A stretch of 64,000 bases of DNA, taken from NCBI GenBank assembly GCA_964187785.1, contig OZ076409.1:39308001-39372000 (forward strand), read 5' to 3'. The translations under genes and the position numbers were made by a program. The stretch is from Amphiscolops sp. MND2022. Its lineage: Eukaryota. Shown here piece after piece: positions 48,701 through 59,100 of this stretch. The first letter of the stretch is position 1; every line of letters starts with the position of its first letter. A model generated the notes under the pieces. The model ran no database searches. It worked only from the letters and a program-made list of their open reading frames with translations, and was not told the DNA's origin.

Positions 48701-51081
48701 AGGACATGGTAGGCTTGAGAACAGTCAAGCTTGCAAAACAGTTTCTTTCCGGCTAAATGCTGAGCTGCATCCGAGAGGGTGCTCACAGGGTGATTATTGT
48801 TTATATAATCGTCGGAAATGAGGTTGTTGATCTTTCGTAAGTCAACTAGCAATCGTAGGCGTCCGTTTGGTTTTCTTTGGGCAAATATTGGGCTTGCGTA
48901 CTTGCTGAAAGGGAGCGTGGTGATTATGCCGTAGTAGTGCATTAACGCCAATTCGACTGTCAAGTCGTCTTTCAGGTTGACTGGGCAGGGTAGGCTTTGA
49001 GTGTACGCTGGCTGTTCGGATTTGGGGGTGAGCTTTATTTTGAATTCGTTGTTAATTCCGATATCAAGACGGTGCCTTGCGAAGATATCGTTGTATTCTA
49101 CAAGGATTGCTTCTATGTCCTTTTTGTCTTCATCACTGAGTTGTGAATCCGTCCACTTGAAATTGGATAGGAAAGTTGCTCTGTCCTCAGGGCTGTCATG
49201 AGGATTGAGTTTCTGGATGTTTTCCAGTTCTTCTATCTCTCTCAGTATCCTGCTCTGGATAGGTGTGTGTGTTGATGGGTCTCCTGGGTTTTCCGGTGTG
49301 GGGAACCAGAAATTTTGAACAGTCTGAGGCTTTTCAGACGATTTGAGGAGTTCGTTTACGTATTCTAGCGCCTGTTCGGAATCGTCTTCTGCTAATACCT
49401 TTAGGGCTGCAGAGTTGAGTGGGTGGAGTTGCTTGGCTTCCTGGGGGGATAGAATGGTGAATTCTGCAAGATTTGTGTTCTTTTTGAGGGTGAATGGATT
49501 TGGAGATGTGTTGGTAACCCTGATTTCGATTTTGGAGTTTGTGACTGTTGATAGAGAGCTGGCTACTACCAGTTGGTGTTCTCCGGAGTATGGTTCAGTA
49601 GGGTTGATGATTCCTGTGGTGTTTGTCAGGGTACGTAGGTTGATGCCGGCTTCAATTGTTACACACTGGTCGGGCATGATGGTGAGTTGGGTTTTGGTAG
49701 TGACTTTATGGTGTCTTGAGATTGTCTCGTTATCGTCTGCAGAAATTGCGTAAGTCAGGTGAGGGAAATGTAAGAGGGCCTGACTGACGTCGAGGATTGC
49801 GCTATTGTTTTTAAGAAAGGTGAGTCCGAGGATGGGCCCTGTCATCTTTGTGGCTACGATGAACGTCTCTTTGAACGTCCAGTCGCCTAGTTCAAATTGT
49901 AGTTGAACTGTTTTTGTGGGGGTTTCTATTTCGCCGTTTGCGACCTGCAATTTAAATGTTGGTGGATCCATTTCCTTGAGGATGTTGTCTGGGCTTACCG
50001 TTTTGATTTTCTGGAATTCACTTTCTGGTAAGCAGTTGACGAGTGCTCCGGAGTCAACAAGCGCGTCAACTGAAATGTTGTTGAAATCCATCGGGGCGAA
50101 GAGCATTTTCCTTTTCTTTTTCAGATTGATGGCCGAAAAAATTGGTATGCATTTTTCGCTTGTTTCTGGGTCTGTAATTGCAATTTCATGCAATTGTTTG
50201 TTGGTTTGAATCCATTCTTCATCTTGTTCTAGATTGGTTGGCTCTTCTCTTGAGGTTTGGGTAGTGATGAGTGGGCTGTTTGTCGGTGTTTTAGCTTCTG
50301 TTTGCTGATTGAATTCGCAGGTCAGAGTTCGTTTGACGCGGCGAGTTCTCGGTTGTGTTGTGGGTTGACTTGCAATTGTTTGGTCCCCGGCTTTTGCGTC
50401 GTCAACCAGGGTTTTAGGGGTGGAGTATTTATGTTCAGGACTCTCTGGACTGGAGGGGGACGACGTCATAGCTGCCCGGATTTCATTGGGGGTGGCTGGG
50501 AGTTTCGTGGGTGACTGGAAGTCAACCAGTGGCGATTGATTGTTGTGTTTGAGGATTGACTTGAGGGAAGTCGTTGGGGGTGTTACGATCACAGTGATTT
50601 CTGTGTCGTATTCTTCTTCAGCCTGTGGTTCGGGAGTATGACTGAGGTCGTCTTTCCTTCTTGGAGTTGTCGAGATGTCCATGTTGGTTTTGGCTATGAA
50701 TTCATGAAATGGTACGTTGATTGACTGTCTGAAGACAAGGTTTGTTGAGTCATAGAGAGTGTCGTTGTAGTATGGGTCGCATTCGAAGTCGGGGTCGTAG
50801 ATGTAAGTTTCGGGTGTGGAGCTGGGAAGTAAAGGTCTGCGTGTTGTGTTGTATTGGGTGGGGTTTTGGGTGTACCAGTCTGGATAGGGGAGTTTGTCCA
50901 AGGTGTTTTTGTTGAATTTGATGATGCGTCTTATGAGCCATCGTCGCTGCCAGTCGATCGATGGTTCACCTGAGCATTCCATAAATAATTCCTTGTCGAA
51001 GTCCTTCGGGGGTTCAGATATGGTGTAGTATCTGAAGTCGGTGTAGTCCCCGAAGCGAAGACGTGGCTTTAGTAGTTTTTT
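45707..51081 (-). CDS. pol: G2 Pol (long N-terminal spacer, PR-RT-RH-IN); one frameshift near 48688
   Basis: ALVDSGA; KLDCSQAYH; CAQYVDDIG; VLMTDAN..TDNK; HPGITK..C..C; MDIVP..DVFSRY..TDKGTQF..LERCH; WTGPF. ORFs 48514-50982 and 45707-48679 join if one base is restored in MAD(Q)KSVELLAFN. Confidence 0.96.
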
Positions 51082-52508
51082 GGCTGGTATTGTGGTTGTT
51101 CCACGGTTTGTGGCTGCTGATTTGCTGAAGGTTGTTGGATAGTTTCGGGTGCAGAGTGTTGTGGTAGGGGTATACTGTTGGCGCCTGTTGGTTTAGGCAT
51201 TTTCCACCATGTAGGGCGGTTTGCCCAGTTCGCCCCAGAATAGCAGTCTTTAGTCTCGTGGCTTAATTTGCCACATGTTTCGCAGGGATCGGTGATGTTA
51301 TTGCTGGGGGGTTTTTGGTTCCGTTTGTCTCGGTTTGTCTTCCTGCAGTTGCGGAGGAGGTGGCCCTGGTGTCCGCAGCCAAAGCACGTGCTTGCAGTTT
51401 TCGGGTGTCTCCCCTGATTGGATGTGTTGGCGGGTTCGACATTGTGTATGCCGGTAAATGTAGTGGATTCTGGATTTGCCAATCCGTTGAGCTCCATCTC
51501 CCGCTCTAGGTGCTGGACCATCGTTTCATATGATGCTGTTTCGAGGCGTGCCTGATTTAACACTCTTTTGAGATGTATCGGCATTTTTGCGTAGAAGGAG
51601 GTTTCTATAAACCGGGGTGCATCGTCGGCGTATGCCTCTTGGGCAAGTTTCTGGTAGTTCTCCAAGAAATCTTGGAATGTTTGGTTCGCCGGGTCGAATG
51701 TGAGGTTTTCCCACTTACACCTAGCAGTGGCTATTGACTGGGTTTTTACATATCGTCGTCTGAATCCGGCGATGATGTCGTTCAGGTTGGTTTTGGTTGT
51801 TTCGGTCATGTTCCGAAAGGTTTGCAAGGCGTCTCCTCGCAGTAGGGAGTGGAAATAATGTATTTTCTCTTGCTCCGTTATTTGGGGATGGACCTTCAAG
51901 CTTGTTTGAAACAAATCCTCGAAGAGTTCAAACTTTTCGTTTTTGCCGTCGAATGTTGGCATTGTCGTGGCAAGCGTTTTTGGTAGACGGGGTAATTGTG
52001 CTGTCTGTTGTTGTGTTGCATACAGGGATTCTAACAGCTTGTCAATGATTTCGTCGGAGTGCCTCTGGTTTGGAGGCGGCAGGCTCGAAGACCGGGGGTG
52101 GGTGTTGCTGGAGGTCGGTTCGCTAATTACTCCTGTCACCATGTTGGAACTCTCGTTCCTAGACAAACTAGTTTCTTCTAGCTCTACAGTAGGATTCCCG
52201 CTACTTTCAGTCCTGGTCGTCGAGTAACCTTGTTCAGAATTAACGCTCGATAAACTGTCAACTTTGGACGACAGGTTCTCAATCAATTTTAATATCTCAC
52301 GTTGATTGAGTTCAGTGTCTTTGAGACGTTTGGAAATTCTATTCTCAATTTTATTGGATATGTCTTCAAAATCCCTTTCCGAAAGTGTGGTGTTTTCGTC
52401 GTTAACAGAGCTTGCGGTTTCTACGTCGAACTGGCTAGTCGACTGGTCACTCCTTAACTTCCGTTTTTGAGATTTCTCAGGCATCTTGTAAAAATAGTGG
52501 AGGAACAA
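51069..52508 (-). CDS. gag: G2 Gag (479 aa), first ~122 codons inside the 5' LTR
   Basis: MPTFDGKNEKFELFEDLF..KIHYFHSLLRGDALQTF; two CCHC knuckles CFGCGHQGHLLRNC and CETCGKLSHETKDC. Confidence 0.96.
   Translation of the reverse strand: MFLHYFYKMPEKSQKRKLRSDQSTSQFDVETASSVNDENTTLSERDFEDISNKIENRISKRLKDTELNQREILKLIENLSSKVDSLSSVNSEQGYSTTRTESSGNPTVELEETSLSRNESSNMVTGVISEPTSSNTHPRSSSLPPPNQRHSDEIIDKLLESLYATQQQTAQLPRLPKTLATTMPTFDGKNEKFELFEDLFQTSLKVHPQITEQEKIHYFHSLLRGDALQTFRNMTETTKTNLNDIIAGFRRRYVKTQSIATARCKWENLTFDPANQTFQDFLENYQKLAQEAYADDAPRFIETSFYAKMPIHLKRVLNQARLETASYETMVQHLEREMELNGLANPESTTFTGIHNVEPANTSNQGRHPKTASTCFGCGHQGHLLRNCRKTNRDKRNQKPPSNNITDPCETCGKLSHETKDCYSGANWANRPTWWKMPKPTGANSIPLPQHSAPETIQQPSANQQPQTVEQPQYQPKNY
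51075..51081 (-). promoter_or_regulatory. G2 -1 ribosomal frameshift heptamer A AAA AAC
   Basis: gag ends CCA AAA AAC TAC TAA and the -1 frame is open (KKLLKPRLRFGDY...) into pol. Confidence 0.75.
52130..52141 (-). promoter_or_regulatory. G2 primer-binding site TGGTGACAGGAG
   Basis: Abuts the LTR end ...TCCAACA. Confidence 0.88.
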
Positions 52509-54304
52509 TATTCCAATTAAACTTGAATCGTTACAAACGTAATGGAGGCTTCAGTTCAATGATTTTCCAAAGTTTTCCGAAACAAAAGTAATTATATTAA
52601 GCAAAGGCAATTAACTCGATTATTACAAAAGTAAAATTTTCAGAGAATGATTAATCAAACGCACTTGAAAAAATAAAATTGTCAACTATCTTTTCCTAAT
52701 CCCGCTTCAGGTATTTATACTTTACGCTAGACACGCGGAGAAAACCCCGCGCGTGAATTCACACCTTGTTCACCTCGGCGTCCTTTCCGAAGCGGGGAAA
52801 TCCAAATAAGGTATTCTTCCTCGGGACTCGGCATTCGGTTTCAACCCACTTTAAAGAAAAGTGGGAATTCACTTCCTGCCGCTTCCCAATTCCGCGTCCC
52901 TTTCTTCTTCATTCCCCGCCTTTTCAAGACGCCGAAGGTGAAGTTGGCACTGAAATTCATGAACCTAGCTACTGAAGCGGGAAAAGGAAATGAAATTATC
53001 ACCGAACAATCCCAAATTTTACTACTAGTAATTTAAGGGAAACATCAAAGAAATAAACTAACAGCACTGATTTCTTCTAAATCAGATGATTATGGCCGTT
53101 AATTAGCACTTTAAATTGAAGCTAACGAAAAAGTCCTGGGTGAACGCCAGGTAACGAATTTCATTTAGAGTGACCTGGCCGTTTGACCGGGCTATTGACT
53201 CAACTATGTATTAACAAAACATTGCATGTGAGGACTGGAAAAGGCAGCACTGGGGGTTGTTTTACTATATTATCGTCAAATATCACATTTAGCAGGGGCA
53301 ACATTGTTATTAGGTTAACTATAGGGCATGTATTAATTGAATACGTTCGGTCAGCTGTCCAGGCTCTTGTGATATTAAAGAAATTTAGCGCTTCGCCTGG
53401 GAAGTTGACTCAACTACAAGGTGGACCGAACGCGTTAAAAATACTACAAGCATCATCGATTATTACTCATTGGAAGTACTTTTGGTATTTAGCTTCTTTT
53501 AAGCCACAAAACATTTATCTAAAGTTAGCATCGATTATTTGTACTTGATTGATCAGTTAGAATGACTGAACGAGCGTCCCGGCGGTTGTCCCAGATTATA
53601 AATTTAGAACGGTCGTCCCGGTGGTCGTCCCAGATTATAAATTTAGAACGGTCGTCCCGGCGGTCGTCCCAATTATCGGGATCGGCAAATCTTCAATCAC
53701 ACCTTTTCATGCTATAAATATCACGTTTTCGATCTTCACTATTGAATACTGCACAATTTAAGCTTCTTCTAAGCTTTGGATTTGTATTCACTTCACACGT
53801 GACGTCACTTAATATGTTAGCACTTTGATTAATTCGATCGAGCTCCCAGGCGTGCGTCCCAGTCTTTGCTGACTGGTGGCTTGACGAGTATAGTAGCTGA
53901 GTTAATACTGCACATTCGCGCTTGGCGCTGATTGGTTAATTAAAAGGACAGTGAGAATTAATGTGTTTTGCTACGCAGATATTGGGACGGTAGGCTGGTC
54001 AGTGCGCTGGTTGGAATAACTTCAATCAGCGTATTGGTCAAGCTACTGCAAACAAATCACATTTACAACAAGTTATTATTATTTAATTATTTACATATTT
54101 ATGTATTTCAGGTACTGCAGAGGATTGATGATATTAATATTATGCACTTACAGGGTTGTTCAATATCAATGAGTGTTTGTTTGTTGATTGTTTCCTTTCA
54201 GGTTTGTGATGGTTTATTAGCTTCTTCTTGGTTAATTTCTCCATTTCTTTCCTCTGGCGTTCTCTCTGTTCTTATTATTTCACGGCCCTGTGGCGGCTGT
54301 GACA
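52142..54304 (-). repeat. G2 5' LTR (2163 bp)
   Basis: Direct repeat of 38468-40630. Confidence 0.97.
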
Positions 54305-55467
54305 CTTGTCCTAGTGAACACTTTGAGAACATTTTCAGAGATACTTTTTTGCCACAGCTCTACTACTTGCATTGAAAGTCTTTTTACTGATCCAATTGAA
54401 TAATTTTCACTGGAGCCACCGTCTTAAGGTACCATTTAGGCCCTGTTAACCGTGATAAATATGTATTGGAAGTTGAAAGTTTCATTTCCCTTGGATAATA
54501 AAAGCAAAACATATCAATTAATGAATTACTTTATATACAAAATATCCATTAAAGATTCTTATCCCGAAGAATCAACTAAAAGGCACACTTTTTCGCGACA
54601 TCGAAACATAGAACACGGAGAGACTTTTAAAAAAGTTTCAAAAGTTGATAATTGTCAACGATGTAGAGTCTTTCAAGTTTTTAGTCGGCGTTTTCGAAGA
54701 AAATCCCGACTCTTACAGTGGCTAGTTTTTTTTCGTCAGTTCAACGCGAAACGTCCACTTTTGTGCATTAATGCACATTTACGATCTTTTACCATATGTA
54801 CTTAGTACTTCTTTTTCAACGCATCCAAAGCCTCTAACTTGAGATAAAAAGCCATTCCAAAGCAGAAGGGTCCACTTTTTTCGACACTGAAACTTTCCTC
54901 TTTTTTTCGGCACTGTGAGACTGATTTTTTTCTGAATTTTTTTCAATTGTTCCTCCCATCAATTTTTGATATTTTGCAACAGAATGGATGTTCAAAAAAA
55001 CCCAAAGCGTCCCCCTTTTTACATTTTTCGGCACTATGCGAATTACCGGAAACTTCAAAAAAAAATTCGAAAAAAATTCGGAATTTTTTTTCTCAATTTT
55101 TAGTTTTTTTGAGAGCTTTTGTTGTCTCCAGTTGTAGAAAAAGTGGTTTTCGTTTTCGAGTCTTTTGAGCCTTAGATATGGCGCCGACTTGGGTCGTTCC
55201 CGGCTTGTTCTATATAGGTACGTATTTGTGATTTGGTCATCAAATGCATGTCACAGGGTAAAAGATTGAATTGACTTGACCAATTGTAATTTTTGCATTT
55301 TGAAGGCATTTTCTTTTGAATAACCTACGTCCTTTAGCCAGTGGTAATGAATAAATCCTTCGAAAGTGGTAATGAATAAATCCTCCGAAATCTCGTTGTT
55401 ATGCGCCTAGTTAACAGTAGTTTCAAGTTGGGCAAATTGGCAATTACATACCACATATTTCATTACA

Positions 55468-58455
55468 TCTTCTGGGGATGTCGAACAAGTCGCCAACCTG
55501 TTTTATGAAACATCAGAGGACCCTGCAAGGAAGGATCATGTTAATTTTCATTCCTGAAAGCATTTTCTTTTGCTCTGAAAAATATCCAAGCAGCCTGAAG
55601 AAATTTTTTAGTCAATACAGGCCATAAAACTTTCCTCAAAACAAACGACATTTTTGAAAGTCTGATTCTCCTCTTATCTTTGTAGCAACGTTCTCTTTCA
55701 CTAAAACCCTCCAAAAAAACTATAACGCCTAAAACGTTCGATATAGCTGAAAAATGACAAGAATGAAAAAATTTCAATAATGAAGAAGACGAAACAACAC
55801 GCCCGCTGACAAGCAGGATAGTATCCGTCCAAGCTGTTCTAGCGATGACATATTTTGGAAGCTCAAAAGTATATGCTATACATGTTCGGCATCTTTTCCC
55901 TAGTTCACTCATGTGTTTTCAGATCGTTTTCTCTAAAACTATAGTGGGGTACAGATGAATACATATTAGTTCAACACCAATTACAATATCTGTAACACTG
56001 GCAAAGTTCAGGGCGCAAGCCTTCAGTAAAATCACGCAGAAAGCAACGTCTTTATTCGATACTGGCAAAAAAAATCAAACATGTGAGAAATAAATAAAAA
56101 GTAAGAAACTCCTGTAACTATCGAGCTTGGAAAAGTTATTTTTAGGCATTTCCTTGACTTTTACTGTTGTTGTTCATGTTTTTGCACCCTCTTTTGTTTT
56201 TCGTATGAATCATCTGTCGAAGAAGTGCGCGTCGTTGTCATCGTGCATGCCATCAAACCTGTTGTCATAATAAGCGAAATATCATTGCTTGAATATCATC
56301 TGACACAATGGCGCTCTGGCAGATCGTTTTTTGGCTTCAAGCGTATTTTCCCTATTCTCTCTAGAATTTACAAAACCAAAAAATACAAATTTTTTGACGC
56401 GCCTCATGACAAAAGCGTTAAAACGACCCATTTGCCAAATCCTTCATTATGTATGAATTTTAATCGCATCTCGACCTAAACGTTTCCCCGCTCCTAAATT
56501 AGCACTCGAATTTCCAATTATTGAACAAATCTACCTGGAATTGCAATCTGTATGATATCAAAAAAATACCGGATGAACTGATATTGCTGAATGAGAGACA
56601 TTTATGCTTCAATCAAAACCATGCATAATTTGAAATTCTTCAGAATCTATGCACAAATGACGTTTCAAGTTACGTTGCAAATTGTTTTTGTAGCCTAACA
56701 AATAACATAACATCTACGAAATGTGCCCGACTAGTAGTTGTAACTAGCTCATTTCCTTCCAAAATTCACATTGAACTAAACATTTGATACAGAATCCTGA
56801 TCTTTTTTGTTAATTCCCCCACTATTTTAATTTACCCCCAGTTAAGCGGTCAAGTGAACTTATCATTGAAATAATAGTAACAGCCAATCAAATTGCAGTA
56901 ATTTATATCTCTAACTGCAACTGAAACTCATCGCTGATAGTGGTGGGGAATTTCCTCGCTTACTGTGGATGGGGTTATTACCGGAAAATATTTCCCAGAA
57001 TTCCAAAGTTATTGATTTTTCCAATTTACACTACTCAAACAGAGCGGAAATAATTAAAAGAGTCTTGATCGATGAAAGTTAATCAAATGATTGAAAGGAA
57101 AATCCTTACTTTCTTTAGTTTCAAAAACCTCAAACTTGCTTTGTTATAAAACATTGAAATGCTTTCTCTACATTTCCAAACTCAAAAACTGAAAAATGCC
57201 TGTAAGCAGTAATACAATGCTGTCCAATTTGTTGACGAGAAATGTACTTGTCCTAGACATCCTGGTGTAAGTTGTTTGGTATTTATTTAAGTGTCTTGTC
57301 CAATTGAAAACTTTGAGAACATTTTCAGAGATACTTTTTTTGCCACAGCTCTACTACTTGCATTGAAAGTCTTTTTACTGATCCAATTGAATAATTTTCA
57401 CTGGAGCCACCGTCTTAAGGTACCATTTAGGCCCTGTTAACCGTGATAAATATGTATTGGAAGTTGAAAGTTTCATTGGATATTAAAAGCAAAACATATC
57501 AATTAATGAATTACTTTATATACAAAATATCCAATAAAGTTTCTCACCCCGCAGAATCAACTAAAAGGCACACTTTTTCGCGACATCGAAACATAGAACA
57601 CGGAGAGACTATTAAAAAAGTTTCAAAAGTTGATAATTGTTAACGATGTAGAGTCTTTCAAGTTTTTAGTCGGCGTTTTCGAAGAAAATCCCGACTCTTA
57701 CAGTGGCTAGTTTTTTTTCGTCAGTTCAACGCGAAACGTCCACTTTTTGTGCATTAATGCACATTTACCAACTTTTACCATATGTACTTAGTACTTCATT
57801 TTCAACGCATCCAAAGCCTCTAACATGAGATAAAAAGCCATTCCAAAGCAGAAGGGTCCACTTTTTTCGACACTGAAACTTTCCTCTTTTTTTCCCACTG
57901 TGAGACTGATTTGTTTCCGAAATTTTTTCAATTGTTCCTCCCATCAATTTTTGATATTTTGCAACAGAATGGATGTTCAAAAAAACCCAAAGCGTTCCCC
58001 CTTTTACATTTTTCGGCACTATGCGACTTACCGGAAACTTCAAAAAAATTTCGAAAAAAAATCGGAATTTTTTTTCTCAATTTTTAGTTTTTTTGAGAGC
58101 TTTTGTTGTCTCCAGTTGTAGAAAAAGTGGTTTTTGTTTTCGAGTCTTTTTGAGCCTTAGATATGGCGCCGACTTGGGTCGTTCGCGGCTTGTTCTATAT
58201 AGGTACGTATTTGTGATTTGGTCATCAAATGCATGTCACAGGGTAAAAGATTGAATTGACTTGACCAATTGTAATTTTTGCATTTTGAAGGCATTTTCTT
58301 TTGAATAACGTACGTCCTCTAGCCAGTGTTAATGAATAAATCCTTCGAAAGTGGTAATGAATAAATCCTCCGAAATCTCCTTGTTATGCTCCTAGTTAAC
58401 AGTAGTTTCAAGTTGGGCAAATTGGTAATTACATACCACATATTTCATTACATCT
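55468..58455. repeat. Tandem segmental duplication, copy B (~3 kb; empty-site copy)
   Basis: Has single GTATG (56550-56554) and single CTTGT (57295-57299) where copy A carries G1 and G2. TCTT occurs at the junctions. Confidence 0.9.
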
Positions 58456-59100
58456 TTTCGGACGTTTAACCAAGCCACATATGTGATCATATATTCCACT
58501 AGTTGATACGAACGACTTATAGCCACCAAGAAAAGTTTTTGCAAATTCGAGAAACATAGAAATGTTTTCAAGAAAAAAAATTTGCCCAATTCTCGTCCTT
58601 CAGCAAAATCTAGAGCTCTGGACTTGAGTTCCCTCAAAAATTGTACCCTAGGGAGATGGGACATGGAGCGATCGTTTTCAAAATATGGAGACCTACTATC
58701 TGACAAACGCCATTCGGGAAACAAATTTTCTGCATATGCAACTAAAAAATGAACGTGTTTGGTCGCCTTTTCCACTGTTTTTACGTTTTATAGGTTAACT
58801 TACTACCTTCCCGTTCAATTATTGCGTCTCTCAATGAATTATTGTCTCCGCAATATTTGGCCATTCCTGATCATAATCTTTAAAATTTATTTCTATTCTG
58901 AAAATAATTTTTTCACAGTTTTTTTGTAAGATATCAGATCATTTCTAAAACATACTGACAGCCGGGAACTTTTCATCGCAAAAGAATAATCATTTATTGA
59001 ATCGATTTTTTGCTCATTCTCATCAATAGCCATTATCATTAATACAGTCAAAACATGCATGTTTGAATTAAGTTGCATAAAAATTGAATTTTTGTTTCAT

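Larger units (their letters stand above)
38468..54304 (-). mobile_element. G2: ~16-kb Ty3/Gypsy LTR retrotransposon with accessory genes (15,837 bp), nearly intact
   Basis: TSD CTTGT (38463-38467, 54305-54309), single CTTGT at the empty site 57295-57299. LTRs 52142-54304 and 38468-40630 (TGTCAC...CCAACA). PBS TGGTGACAGGAG. PPT AAAGAAGGGGAC. Confidence 0.98.

Noticed and set aside
43350-50514. Numerous 60-140-aa ORFs antisense to pol or to the accessory gene
   Set aside because: Shadow ORFs of long coding regions with biased codon use; no independent support.
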